A DNA stretch of 32,000 nt from Candidatus Saccharimonadota bacterium. Lineage in GTDB: Bacteria; Bacteroidota; Bacteroidia; Cytophagales; Amoebophilaceae. Every line of letters starts with the position of its first letter. The first letter of the stretch is position 1. This document shows, piece after piece, positions 1-11,200 of this stretch. The notes under the pieces were generated by a model. It had not been told where the DNA came from, ran no database searches, and was given only the letters and a program-made list of their open reading frames with translations. The stretch covers positions 1,050,001 to 1,082,000 of the forward strand of contig NZ_OZ239769.1 of the NCBI RefSeq assembly GCF_965196625.1. The letters run 5' to 3'. Position numbers and translations under genes: made by a program.

Positions 1-156
1 ATTCCTGAATAAAAGAAAACCTGGAGCAGCGCTAATCAGAACAATACCATCCTACGGAGTAAATAAAGACTTATACCGTCTGCACCCAATCTTATACAAG
101 GGAATCAATAGGCTATCCATCCAAGTATTGCCTCAAGGCATGCATTACTTTTTACT

Positions 157-846
157 ATGTTGATAGAAATTATTTTAATAGGTTTAATGACTGCCTGCAG
201 CACAGTTTTTTCTTCCTATATGATCACCTTTTCTAAGTTGGATGATATAGAGATTGTGCCTGACACAGCAACCATTCATAGGCCAAGTCAAAAAGAAAAT
301 AGATCCAATAAGCACATAAGAAAAGGTTCTTATAACCTACGCCGCAGAGTAGCACGATGGGCAACGCACGATATTGATGAAATAAAGAAATTTTCAGACA
401 ATGGTAAAGCTACATACGTCCACCTAACAGATCCAGAACTATGGGCGCAAAGGGAATGGCACTACCTGCTTGGTGTGCGTTGTTTACTACATAAAGAAGA
501 AAGTGATGATTATTTTTTCAAGACAAAACAGGGGAAATATGCTGTGGCCAGCATGACATTAGAATATAAAGACCCAAACAAACCAAAAGAAATATACAGT
601 AAAAGAATACTTGAAATCGGTATTGATCGAGATGAACACATCATCTACCATATGATGTTTAATCCAAAAAAAAAGATAGCTGATCTAAAGCAAAAAGCAA
701 TCAATGCAGCAATGCGTGATTGCACTAAAAAAGTAAAGGATTATGTTATTGTATACACGCCCCCGGCGCCATCTCCATATGCATCAAAAACACTCTACAT
801 TCATCCTAAAGGGACCAAAAAAGAGATGATAAATGGTTGCAAGTAG
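157..846 (+). CDS. hypothetical protein with no family recognised; hydrophobic N-terminus (possible signal or lipoprotein-like LMTAC)
   Basis: ATG-initiated 229-aa ORF with no competing ORF. I recognise no catalytic motif. An A9 homopolymer lies at 666-674. Confidence 0.4.
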   Translation: MLIEIILIGLMTACSTVFSSYMITFSKLDDIEIVPDTATIHRPSQKENRSNKHIRKGSYNLRRRVARWATHDIDEIKKFSDNGKATYVHLTDPELWAQREWHYLLGVRCLLHKEESDDYFFKTKQGKYAVASMTLEYKDPNKPKEIYSKRILEIGIDRDEHIIYHMMFNPKKKIADLKQKAINAAMRDCTKKVKDYVIVYTPPAPSPYASKTLYIHPKGTKKEMINGCK

Positions 847-870
847 TAGTGTGCCGCTTTTCCCACTACT
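845..870. terminator. possible bidirectional hairpin between convergent genes
   Basis: The arm agtagtg (845-851) is the reverse complement of cactact (864-870), with a 12-nt loop. The hairpin overlaps both stop codons (844-846 and 866-868). There is no clear U-tract. Confidence 0.25.
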
Positions 871-1612
871 CCCATAAAGCTTCTTGTGCTGGTTGGATAT
901 CGATATTATGATAGACCTTCTGCACATCATCTTCATCCCTTAATGCCTCTATCAGCTTTATAATTTTAGGCAATGCTGCATCGCTGACCTGGACAAGGGT
1001 ATGGGGAATATATTCTAAACCGGCAGAAGTTGGTGCAATAGCAAGTGTTTCCAAGTGTTTTTGTAGCTTACCAAAGTCTTCTATCGCACAAATGACATGG
1101 ATAGAGGCACCATCATCTTCTAATGCTTCTGCACCTGCATCTATCAACCCTAATGTAAAATCATCGTGATCTTTAATATTGGCTACAGGAATGGTAAAAA
1201 TGCCTTTATAGTCAAATAAAAAAGTAATCGCACCACTTTTTTCTAGGCTGCCTCCATATTTGGTAAAAATAGCCCGCACATTGGCGACCGTTCTAACGAT
1301 TTTATCCGTCATGCAAACCACCATAATGGCCACGCCATGTGTACCATACCCCTCATAAGTAACTTCATGATAAGCGGCTACATCACTGCCACTTGCCTTG
1401 GTAATGGCACGAAGGATGGCATCTTTAGGCACATTAGCCCCTTTGGCATTTTGAATGGCCAAACGCAACCGTGGGTTAAGCTCTGGTTCACTTCCTCCAC
1501 TTTTGGCTGCTACGGTTATTTCTTTAACCAGTTTTGTAAATATTTTACTTTTTTTTGCGTCATTTACACCTTTTTTACGCTTGATATTAGACCATTTGCT
1601 ATGTCCTGCCAT
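866..1612 (-). CDS. yebC: YebC/PmpR family DNA-binding transcriptional regulator
   Basis: N-terminal MAGHSKWSNIKRKKG and AKSGGSEPELNPRLRLAI are hallmark YebC motifs. The 248-aa length is typical, and the gene lies next to ruvB as in many bacteria. Confidence 0.9.
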   Translation of the reverse strand: MAGHSKWSNIKRKKGVNDAKKSKIFTKLVKEITVAAKSGGSEPELNPRLRLAIQNAKGANVPKDAILRAITKASGSDVAAYHEVTYEGYGTHGVAIMVVCMTDKIVRTVANVRAIFTKYGGSLEKSGAITFLFDYKGIFTIPVANIKDHDDFTLGLIDAGAEALEDDGASIHVICAIEDFGKLQKHLETLAIAPTSAGLEYIPHTLVQVSDAALPKIIKLIEALRDEDDVQKVYHNIDIQPAQEALWE

Positions 1613-1644
1613 TGTATTATCTTATTTTGCATAAAATAGACCGC

Positions 1645-2667
1645 TTATTTGTCAAATAGGTCAGCCGTATAGGGCAAGCCCAAATGCTTATAAGCTGCCT
1701 CTGTAGCAACCCTGCCACGTGGCGTACGTTTGATATATCCTTCTTGAATTAAAAATGGTTCATATACTTCTTCTATCGTTTCCGCCTCCTCTAAGCAAGC
1801 GGTTGCAATCGTGGTAAGGCCTACAGGACCTCCTTTGAATTTTTCAATAATATTGGTTAGAATACGTTTGTCCATTTCATCCAGTCCATTCTCATCTACA
1901 TTCAAAGCGGCCAAACTGAATGTAACCATCTCCTTCGTAATCCGTCTATCTCCTTTCACCTGAGCAAAATCCCGCGTACGCTTCAGCAAATTATTGGCTA
2001 TACGCGGCGTGCCTCGACTGCGCCTTGCAATTTCATAAGCAGCTGCTTGGTCAATAGGTGTACCCCATATCCCACTGGCACGCTGAACGATTTTAGTCAG
2101 TAAATCAGCATGATAGTAATCCAATCGTGCATTAATTCCAAAACGCGCCCGTAACGGTGCAGTTAACAAACCAGAACGCGTGGTAGCCCCAATTAAAGTA
2201 AAAGGATGCAGTGCCAACTGTACACTACGAGCATTAGGGCCTGCATCCAGCATAATATCTATTTTAAAATCCTCCATGGCTGTGTAGAGGTATTCTTCCA
2301 CAATCGGATTAAGACGATGGATCTCATCTATAAACAACACATTAGCAGGTTCCAAACTAGTCAACAGCCCAGCTAAATCTCCTGGTTTATCCAATACAGG
2401 ACCAGAGGTAATTTTTATATTGGTATTCAGCTCATAAGCAATAATATAGGCCAATGTTGTTTTGCCCAAACCAGGTGGACCATGTAACAATACATGGTCT
2501 AAGGCTTCTTTTCTTTGCTTAGCAGCTGCTACAAATATTTGTATATTCTCTACTAGCTTTTCTTGCCCAAAAAAGTCATTGAATTGAAGTGGGCGTAAGG
2601 CTTTATCAAGCTGTTCTTCTGGTTTTTTTAGCACACTGAAGGGGCCATTGATAAGATCATGCTCCAT
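1645..2667 (-). CDS. ruvB: Holliday junction branch migration DNA helicase RuvB
   Basis: Walker [10 protein letters not shown], Walker [10 protein letters not shown] and [12 protein letters not shown] are present. I chose the ATG at 2667 ([10 protein letters not shown], 340 aa). The tracked 371-aa ORF adds an atypical 31-aa N-terminal extension. Confidence 0.92.
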   Translation of the reverse strand: MEHDLINGPFSVLKKPEEQLDKALRPLQFNDFFGQEKLVENIQIFVAAAKQRKEALDHVLLHGPPGLGKTTLAYIIAYELNTNIKITSGPVLDKPGDLAGLLTSLEPANVLFIDEIHRLNPIVEEYLYTAMEDFKIDIMLDAGPNARSVQLALHPFTLIGATTRSGLLTAPLRARFGINARLDYYHADLLTKIVQRASGIWGTPIDQAAAYEIARRSRGTPRIANNLLKRTRDFAQVKGDRRITKEMVTFSLAALNVDENGLDEMDKRILTNIIEKFKGGPVGLTTIATACLEEAETIEEVYEPFLIQEGYIKRTPRGRVATEAAYKHLGLPYTADLFDK

Positions 2668-2713
2668 TTTTTTTATCTTTATTGAACCAAAATATACGCA
2701 AAAAATAGGAATC

Positions 2714-3520
2714 ATGCGCTCAAAAATCAAACTACTCAAATTATTGATGCGATTGTGCATAGGGCTTTACCTGGTTATTAAGCTTTCCAACATACTGATG
2801 CAACAAACTGATTATGAACTCTTAAACTACTCTAGGCTTGAGCCATTTATCGTACGGATCATAATTTGTTGCATTACTTTGCGCTACTATTTACATCTAC
2901 AGGCGCAAACAGGGATAGCACCTGCTGCGCAGCAAGATACACATAGACCTAGTGGTTATAGATTAACCATCGGCACCATACTGGCGCAACTCATAATGAC
3001 CTTTGCGTTAATATTACTCAGCAGCATTCAAGAAGCATTAGGCTATCCTACCATACAATCTGCATTACATTTTAGCCATACAATCGATTTTGTATACCGT
3101 GGCATTATAGAAATAACTTGCATAACCGCTATACTAGAAGAACTACTATTTCGAGGTATTTTAGAAAAATTACTCAGTAAAATCACCCCCATCCGACCAT
3201 GGATCACTATAATGAGTGCAGTAGCATTTAGCTTAATGCACTGCAATATGAGCAATAATCTATTGTATTTTGCGATGGGATGCTTTCTCAGCCATCTCTA
3301 CCACCAAACCAAACAAATTGTTTACCCTATTATGGCCCATGGACTCCATAATCTATGCGCCACGTTTATAACGTACCTAACATTAGATAGAAGGTTAGAT
3401 TTGGCCATAGGGCATTTAACGATTGTAACACGTACGATGCTAACGATTGGGTCTTTCTTAGCAGTTTATGGATGTATCGCTTACATACTAGCAGGTCAAA
3501 AAATACAAAAATATCATTAG
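2714..3520 (+). CDS. CPBP (CAAX) family intramembrane glutamic endopeptidase
   Basis: The motifs EELLFRG, FSLMH and HGLHN sit in a polytopic membrane protein. The start is uncertain. The tracked ORF begins at a TTG (2648) inside ruvB, the first ATG is at 2714, and later ATGs are possible. Confidence 0.72.
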   Translation: MRSKIKLLKLLMRLCIGLYLVIKLSNILMQQTDYELLNYSRLEPFIVRIIICCITLRYYLHLQAQTGIAPAAQQDTHRPSGYRLTIGTILAQLIMTFALILLSSIQEALGYPTIQSALHFSHTIDFVYRGIIEITCITAILEELLFRGILEKLLSKITPIRPWITIMSAVAFSLMHCNMSNNLLYFAMGCFLSHLYHQTKQIVYPIMAHGLHNLCATFITYLTLDRRLDLAIGHLTIVTRTMLTIGSFLAVYGCIAYILAGQKIQKYH

Positions 3521-3527
3521 ACTTTTT

Positions 3528-4841
3528 ATGCGACTAGTAATACTAGGTGGAGGAGAAAGTGGAACAGGCGCGGCGCTTTTAGCCAAGCAACAGGGCATAG
3601 ATGTTTTCGTTTCGGATGCGGCAACCATTCCAGCCGATTATAAAGATCTACTGATCAACCACCAGATTCCATTTGAAGAAGGAGGCCATACGATAGCCAC
3701 CATACAATCTGCTGATGAGGTCATCAAAAGCCCTGGTATACCTGATAAAGCGATAATGGTTCGTCAGCTGCGTGACCATCACATACCCATCATAGATGAA
3801 ATAGAGTTTGCAGCACGCTATGCTACAGGTAAAATTATAGCCATAACGGGTTCAAATGGCAAAAGTACCACAGCGCATCTGATCTACCATTTACTCCATA
3901 CAGCAGGATATCATGTTGCTTTAGCCGGGAATATAGGCTACAGTTTTGCAAAATGTCTAACAAAATCTAGCTATGACTACTATGTACTAGAACTTTCCAG
4001 CTTTCAACTGGAAGGCATCAGATATTTTAAGCCAGCTATTGCCTGTCTACTCAACATTACACCTGACCACTTAGATAGGTACCATTATGCGATAGAAGCC
4101 TATGCAAAAGTCAAATTGAATATACTACGCAATATGGGTCCATTGGACCACTTTATTTACAATCCATCAGATGCCATCACCACCCAATATCTGCAAGCAC
4201 AGCAGGTGTTACCTACACTACATCCTATTGATTTTCCCTCTACTGATAGCAGCAACTTTAATAAGGAGAGCTGCTCTTTTGCTATAAGCAAGTCACCAGC
4301 AGCCTTGCTAGGCGACCATAATCGGTATAATGCTACGGTTGCGGTTACAGCAGCCACATTAGCAGGCCTACCTTCTGAAACCATCGCTGCTGCATTACCT
4401 AAGTTTTGTGGACTACCCCATCGACTGGAATGGTGTGGCGCACCACAAGGTATAGATTGCTACAATGATTCCAAATCTACCAATATAGCCTCTACAACAG
4501 CTGCATTGCTAAGTTTTAGCCAACCTATTATCTGGATTGCAGGCGGCATAGACAAAGGCAATACCTATAGCCCACTGCTACCCATTGTAAAAGAGCGGGT
4601 AAAAGCCATCATCTGTTTGGGAAAAGAGAACAGCGCTATCGTTAAAGCTTTTTATCCACTAGGTTTACCCATACACGAAACAGATAATCTATCTTCTGCA
4701 ATAGATAGCGCGCTATCTATTGCACGGCCAGGGGAAGTAATACTCTTATCTCCTGCATGCGCGAGTTTTGATTTATTTAAAAACTTCGAGGATCGAGGCA
4801 ACCAATTCAAAGACAAGGTAAAGGAACGGATAAAAAACTAA
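3528..4841 (+). CDS. murD: UDP-N-acetylmuramoyl-L-alanine--D-glutamate ligase
   Basis: The N-terminal ILGGGESGTGAALLA Rossmann segment, the GSNGKSTT P-loop, the DSKSTN motif and the 437-aa length are MurD-like. Confidence 0.9.
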   Translation: MRLVILGGGESGTGAALLAKQQGIDVFVSDAATIPADYKDLLINHQIPFEEGGHTIATIQSADEVIKSPGIPDKAIMVRQLRDHHIPIIDEIEFAARYATGKIIAITGSNGKSTTAHLIYHLLHTAGYHVALAGNIGYSFAKCLTKSSYDYYVLELSSFQLEGIRYFKPAIACLLNITPDHLDRYHYAIEAYAKVKLNILRNMGPLDHFIYNPSDAITTQYLQAQQVLPTLHPIDFPSTDSSNFNKESCSFAISKSPAALLGDHNRYNATVAVTAATLAGLPSETIAAALPKFCGLPHRLEWCGAPQGIDCYNDSKSTNIASTTAALLSFSQPIIWIAGGIDKGNTYSPLLPIVKERVKAIICLGKENSAIVKAFYPLGLPIHETDNLSSAIDSALSIARPGEVILLSPACASFDLFKNFEDRGNQFKDKVKERIKN

Positions 4842-4865
4842 AGCCCACTTTATGGCCACGTTGCA

Positions 4866-6707
4866 CTATCCTACTTCTTGAAAATAACCAGAAGCATTAA
4901 CGGTAAAATTTTTACATGGCATCACCTGAAAGGTATGTACCTCATCGCGTTGATGTACTTCAATAGCGGCTTCTGTAATATTGAGCTTTACAGGATCATA
5001 TTTTAGACCTATAAGCACTTTCTTATAACATAAATCGTATTGAATGCTATAGTCCTTATTATGTATTTGTTCTAGCGCATATAAGGCTGGTTTATCTACT
5101 TTTAACTCAAAAATATAAACGGTGCTTTGAGCATTATATTGGTCCTCCATAACGATATCTGTACGCCCTATGCCACTATCTCTTTCAGCACTGGCCCACG
5201 TATCATGGGTGGCATGAAAAGCACCATTCAGAAAGGAATATAAAGCACCCTGAAAACTCCTTTCGGTTTTATCCAGAAAACGATAACCTGCTTTGGCCAA
5301 ACAAGCACTACGAATGAGGTTCAAAAAAGCAACCCATGCTTCTTTTCTTAAAGATGCTAAAATAGAGGCACTACATGTTTTTCCTGTCTCTTGTTGTTTT
5401 TGAGCTATAAACCTAGATAAGGTCAGTTTTAAAGAAGATTGAACCTCCCCGTTAGGAAACTTTAAATAATAGGTTGTATTATGTGCATCATCAAGCACAT
5501 CTATACACTTATCTTCTACAGGATCCGTAACAGGATCAAGATTCATGGTAAGATAGCCCGTTTGATACATTAATGGAAGTAAAGGCATTTCATGGATAGA
5601 GCATGCTAAATTTTTAAATTCGTTTTTTTTAATTGGGAAACTATCTTTCTGCCAATTCATATCAAATCTATAAATATTTTGTTGTATCTGTTTGAGTAAG
5701 ATGGTAGGGTTCCCTGAATTAGACCAATAATTACCAAAGTCTTTTTCATAAAAGAATTTTAGTATAGAGTCTGGATTATACACACTTATCATTTTATCGG
5801 CTGTAAAGCAATAACCATTATAATAATCCTTTAACGCTCGCTTTACTTCAATAAGTGTGTGCTTTGCTTCTTGCGTTTTTTTTCTGTTAAGTTTTTCAAG
5901 TACTGGATGAATAATTGTCTCCTTGCTAAGAAAGAGCTTATCAATATCCTCTTCTGTATACCCCAACATTCCTGCATAATCCTCATGCAAGGATATGTCA
6001 TTGGCAGAATTCGCCCCTGAAATCAGTCCAGATAGGTGAAATTTAGTTACGCCCGTTACAAAAATAAATTTACACTCCTTTTGACGCGCTTTTAATACTT
6101 TGAAGAATGAACTAAGCACAGAAAGCACTTCTTCATACTGCTCTTTTTTACAAGAAATTAAGGGACTATCATATTCATCGATTAAAATAATGGGCTGTGG
6201 TTCATAACCGTCACCTAGTTTTTTTAATGCATCAATCAACTTACCTAGTGTACCCTCTACCGTCGGTTCACCTATAATAGGATCTATTGAACTTCTATCT
6301 ATAGTATGGTTTTGGGCAAAGGTATATAATACATCTATCAAATTGTTTTCTAACTTCTCTGGATTACCTTTGGCTACCTCAGAGAAATTCAACCAAATAA
6401 CTGGATATTTTTTCCACTTATAAGTTTGATCTGCATAAATCGCACACTCCTTAAACAAAGCCTTATTGCCTTGGGCTATTTGGTTGATGGTATCTAATAG
6501 AAGCGATTTGCCAAATCTGCGTGGCCTGGTAAAAAAGTAATATATGCCATTCGTTCTAAAGAGTTTAGTGATATAGGCCGTTTTATCTGCATACAACTTT
6601 TGTGCGATCATCTCTTTGACATCAGCACTGCCAATTGGGATGTGCACGCTTTCGGCTCCTTGTTGCGCCACGCTTTTTAGTGCTTTATCTTCTTTTGTAT
6701 CATCCAT
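4866..6707 (-). CDS. AAA-ATPase_like (PF09820-type) N-domain fused to a PD-(D/E)XK nuclease (PDDEXK_9-type) C-domain; function unknown
   Basis: YADKTAYITKLF...FFTRPRRFGKSLLLDTI is the signature of the predicted AAA-ATPase family. C-terminal GRTDIVMED...IFELKVDK fits a D...E-x-K nuclease core. Confidence 0.75.
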   Translation of the reverse strand: MDDTKEDKALKSVAQQGAESVHIPIGSADVKEMIAQKLYADKTAYITKLFRTNGIYYFFTRPRRFGKSLLLDTINQIAQGNKALFKECAIYADQTYKWKKYPVIWLNFSEVAKGNPEKLENNLIDVLYTFAQNHTIDRSSIDPIIGEPTVEGTLGKLIDALKKLGDGYEPQPIILIDEYDSPLISCKKEQYEEVLSVLSSFFKVLKARQKECKFIFVTGVTKFHLSGLISGANSANDISLHEDYAGMLGYTEEDIDKLFLSKETIIHPVLEKLNRKKTQEAKHTLIEVKRALKDYYNGYCFTADKMISVYNPDSILKFFYEKDFGNYWSNSGNPTILLKQIQQNIYRFDMNWQKDSFPIKKNEFKNLACSIHEMPLLPLMYQTGYLTMNLDPVTDPVEDKCIDVLDDAHNTTYYLKFPNGEVQSSLKLTLSRFIAQKQQETGKTCSASILASLRKEAWVAFLNLIRSACLAKAGYRFLDKTERSFQGALYSFLNGAFHATHDTWASAERDSGIGRTDIVMEDQYNAQSTVYIFELKVDKPALYALEQIHNKDYSIQYDLCYKKVLIGLKYDPVKLNITEAAIEVHQRDEVHTFQVMPCKNFTVNASGYFQEVG

Positions 6708-7027
6708 ATCCTTTTCTTTTTATTTAAAAATGCATCATATTGATGCCCACTGCAAGATAGATAGTTTTTCTATCATTATAGAACGCCTCTGTTTGTTCTT
6801 TACTTGACCCTATCAAATCTCAATTCCATTAACGCAATACCTACTAATTTAGCATTAACGTCAATTCTTATTGTAAATCAGCCATATATATGCTAGCTAT
6901 AGAAAGCTTGTTTTCTTTTAGGCTATAATCTGTAATGCCCAGCCATTAGATTCACCAAAAAATTAGCTATACTTCTATATATGGAAGCTTAAACCTGGCT
7001 ACTGCACCCAATACTATAAAATAAACC

Positions 7028-8170
7028 ATGCAGCATAAATCGTTTCATTCCAATTCGAGTGATTACATACATCCTCCTTTGAACCAAATTGACAAAATTG
7101 TTAGTCGTTCAATAGCATCCGGTAGTTATCCAGGAGCTGTTATATGGGCATCTCATCAGGGTAAAATAATCTATCAAGGCATATTTGGGAACCGTCGTGT
7201 TGAACCGGATGTGGCAGGTATGCAGTTCGATACCATATTTGATTTAGCGTCATTAACGAAAGTTGTCGTAACAACTACTGCTATTATGCAACTAGTGGAG
7301 CAAGAGAAGATAACCCTTCATGCACCGCTACATAGTTATTGGCCAGCATTTTCAGGGCATGGCAAAGAAAATATAACCATTAAAGAACTATTGACCCATA
7401 CTGCAGGATTTCCTGCTATTGTGCCAAAATCAAAGCTTTCTAATAAGGAAAACATATTAAAGTGGGTTGCACAATCTGAATTATCTTTCATCCCTAATAC
7501 ACACTTTTTGTATAGTGATATTGGTTTACTTGCTTTAGGGTATCTAGTAGAACGTATAACCGGTCAGTCTTTAGACCATTATGCTCAAGCATATATTTTT
7601 GGTCCATTGGGTATGTATGATACCCAATTTTTACCTCCTGCTACACTGCGTGATCGGATTGCGCCTACAGAAATGATCAATGGACACTTGCGCCGGGGCA
7701 CTGTACATGATCCCACTGCTACGGCTATGGGGGGTGTTTCTGGGCTAGCAGGCCTATTTTCCACTGCTCGTGATTTAGGTGTTTTTCTAGACTGTATATT
7801 AGCAGGTGGACGTATCCCTGATCAATATGCGGATCAAGCATCACCTCGGCACATTCTACTGCCCTCCTCTGTGCAACAAATGACAACTGTGCAAACACCT
7901 GCTATCATTCCGGAAAAACGTGGGTTGGGTTGGGATATCCATTCCATGCCATATGATGGTGGCCGTGGTAAATTATTTTCACCCTATGCATTTGGCCATA
8001 CAGGGTTTACAGGTACCTCTATGTGGGTGGACCCTGTGACAACCAGTTGGGTTATTATACTAACTAGTAGAGTCCATCCTGTTTATCATCCAAATGATAC
8101 GCAGCTCTTTAAAGACCGCTCAGCTATTGCTGATATCATTGCTGGAAACATTGGAAACATAGTGAAATAA
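7028..8170 (+). CDS. serine hydrolase of the beta-lactamase / PBP (class C-like) family, apparently cytoplasmic
   Basis: The motifs SxxK (ASLTKV), YxD/N (YSDIG) and HTG (GHTGFTGT) are present. I see no N-terminal signal peptide. Confidence 0.85.
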   Translation: MQHKSFHSNSSDYIHPPLNQIDKIVSRSIASGSYPGAVIWASHQGKIIYQGIFGNRRVEPDVAGMQFDTIFDLASLTKVVVTTTAIMQLVEQEKITLHAPLHSYWPAFSGHGKENITIKELLTHTAGFPAIVPKSKLSNKENILKWVAQSELSFIPNTHFLYSDIGLLALGYLVERITGQSLDHYAQAYIFGPLGMYDTQFLPPATLRDRIAPTEMINGHLRRGTVHDPTATAMGGVSGLAGLFSTARDLGVFLDCILAGGRIPDQYADQASPRHILLPSSVQQMTTVQTPAIIPEKRGLGWDIHSMPYDGGRGKLFSPYAFGHTGFTGTSMWVDPVTTSWVIILTSRVHPVYHPNDTQLFKDRSAIADIIAGNIGNIVK

Positions 8171-8253
8171 GTAAACTTTATTACTTTATATGTAAGGAAT
8201 AAGTTCATGCCAACCACTGAATTATTTTTCAACCTTTTCTAACCATACCATAT

Positions 8254-11200
8254 ATGATACCATTTAATATATCCCTATTTGTAGTAGTGAGTTTCTTGCT
8301 ACTCACTTTAGTCGTAGGTATCTACTTTAGTAGAAAAAAAACCACCTTTCAAGAATATGCTACCGGGAACAAACAATTTTCTACTGCTACTTTGGTGGCT
8401 ACTGTATTGGCTACTAATTATGGTGGATCAGGATTGTTGCGTGTTGTAGAGTCTATCTATGACGCTGGGTTATGGTGGATCGTTTATATGATATTAGCTT
8501 CTTTTACCTACTGGATCATCAGTAGGTTAGCCATTCGTATGGGACCATTTATGCACCATCTCTCTATGGCAGAGACAATAGGGATCTATGGTAGATATCC
8601 AAGAATGGTTACTGCGCTCATTTGTGTTTGTGGCAGTATCATTGTTATTACTTCGCAAATCACTGCAATGTCCCAGGCTATTCATATGTGCTTGAGATCG
8701 ATTAATCCAGTTATAGTTACCATTCTTAGTACCTTATTGCTTATTTTTTATTCTACGTTTGGGGGCGTTCGTGCCGTTACCTTTACAGATGTATTACAAT
8801 TTATAACATTTTCCATAATCATTCCTATTCTGGCTTGGTTCATGTTTGTACAAGCAGGTAAACCAGTTTCAGAAGTTGTTTCTCTGCTACAGAGCCAGCC
8901 TAAATTTCAATTTAGCAACTTATTTCAGTTTAATACACAACTCATGAACCTGGTTTTATTGCTGTTAAGTTGTTTGATATCTGTTATAAATCCTCAAGTG
9001 GTGCAGCGGGTATATATGGCTTCTGATCCGATTCAGGCTCGGAAGGTTTATGCATATGCTACTGTTTTTAGTTTTCTTATCATATCCTGTATAATTTTAG
9101 TTAGCCTATTTGTTTTTGCAGGGGCATCAGATTTATCAACAGCAGCGGTTTGGGCATATATAGGGGTTCATATCCCTCCTCTTTTTAAAGGGTTTCTCGC
9201 GATTGCTTTATTCGCAATGGCAATGTCTACAGCTGATTCTTGCTTAAATGTTTGTTCGGTTATGATAAGCCATGATGTAGTGATAATGATACAAAAAGAA
9301 AAAAGCATCCCTGATGTACGTCAACTTAAGATAGCTAGGTGGACCACGCTAGCTGTGGGACTATCCGCTATGCTAATCGCTTTTCAGTGCAACGACCTGT
9401 TAAAATTAATGTATTGGTCTATATACTGCTCTGTACCTATGACCATTCCCCCTTTTATTTTAGTTGTTTTTGGCTTCCGTGGCACTTCCCGTACTGCTTT
9501 AATTGGTATGGCTATAGGTTTACTAACTATTTTGGCATGGAACAAATGGATTAAGCCTGCAACAGGGGTGGATGGCTCCTTATTTGCTGCGGTAGCCAAT
9601 GGCTTGTCTATGATAGCCGCCCACTATTTGTTTAAACAGCCGGAAGGAGCAGGATGGGTGGGTCCAGACGATACGTTTAAACAAATTCAACAAGCAAATG
9701 CCCGTAAGCATGCAGAACGAAAAGAAGCGATTAAAAATACCTTGAATAATAGAAAAATCACCTTATCAAAGCTAGTACCCAGTCGTTCTATTATGGTGTG
9801 TATCGGCATCTATACTACCCTCACGAATTTCTTGTCCTATTTTATAGTACGTATTATCAATCATGGATCCTCTCTTATATTTCAACTCTTTATATCAGCC
9901 TTTTTTTTAGGTTATCCATTTTTACATGATGCTTTTAAAAAGATAAGATCCATTCCAAAGTGGTGTATTGGTCTAATCTGGTTCCTGTGGCTAGCGGTTT
10001 ATTTTCCTAAGAATTTGATTTGGAACTGGTGGAATATGGTAGATCCTGTATTTACTACATTCTTATTTTTGACGCATTGTACAGTAATCTTATGGGTATT
10101 ACCTATGTATATAGGCGTAGGGATTGTGGTGGCTACAATAGTACTTTCTATTTATCCTATTACTACTGTATGGTCTTTTACATTATTATCTTCTTTGCTT
10201 CCACTATTTATAGTGAGCCTACTACTCATGTTTGCCGTTATGATTTGCTTTAAAATGAAAATAGGTAATATTACCACACAGAATATTTACCTAAAAAATC
10301 AAGAAAATATTAGAAAATCCCAGCAACTAAAAGCATGCCTATACGACACAGCTATGGTACCCTCTAATGGTACTACACCTCCCAAAGGCTATGGTGCCAT
10401 TTTAAATCAAGTAGTTGGTAAGATTGAAGAATCTATCTCCTTTTTAGATGATAAAACACTCCTTTATAAGCAAGATTTACAGAGCATTATCAATAAGTTT
10501 TATGATTGGATAGCCTATTTCAATAGGAGAGAAAAGTCTAAGGACCACGCACTGTTACAGCCTACTAAAATTACTTTCGATAAGCTGATTCATAAGGTAG
10601 AAGTAGCATTATCTCAAGAGGTTATTGATCCGCCTAGAATTCTGTTAGAAAAAACAAACGATGCCCACAAAATCCTATCTATTATATGCGACATCAACCA
10701 AATAGTTTATTTATTGGTTCAATCTGTTTTACGGGTTGGTAAAATAGAGAACGATATCCCACCAGTTGTTCGTATACAACTGCATCCTACTACTTTGCAC
10801 TTTATACAAGCGGATCCTATTGATAACAGCCACCCTACTTTTATGAATTTTAAAGCTACTGCTCTGGTTATCAGTCATTCTACCGTTGATGCAAAAACGT
10901 TACCTAAAGTAAAGAAGCAATATAATAATCTCATGGATTATATGGGACCCAAAGGTAAACAGGAGGTTCCGCCATCCATAGATCTACAACAACAAACCAT
11001 CTCTACTATTATTGAGGCCCACTACGGATATTTAGAAGCGCCTGATGATGCTAGCAAAAAAGCTATGTTATTAGTATTGCCGAACAGAATTACGGATATC
11101 CTCAGTAAGATGGCTACTACCCTACCTATAGATGCCTTAACCTCAAACGCCCCTGTCACACCCAAAGAACAAGCGGATTCGATTATGCTATTAATGCAAT

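Noticed and set aside
1337-1639. A 100-aa ORF lies antisense to yebC. Similar antisense or out-of-frame ORFs occur at 3043-3255, 4157-4384, 6616-6807, 9339-9599, 10020-10253, 12660-12944, 14345-15085, 15554-15739, 17229-17924, 20483-21758, 24280-24579, 26191-26969, 28008-28997 and 31204-31398.
   Set aside because: All lie inside well-supported conserved genes on the other strand or in another frame. Their translations are compositionally odd with no motifs. They are typical shadow ORFs.
2648-2760. The tracked ruvB and CPBP ORFs appear to overlap by 113 bp at their 5' ends.
   Set aside because: This is an artefact of taking the longest ORF. RuvB reaches its canonical 340 aa from the ATG at 2667, and the CPBP ORF begins at a TTG with a first ATG at 2714. 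No real overlap is needed.
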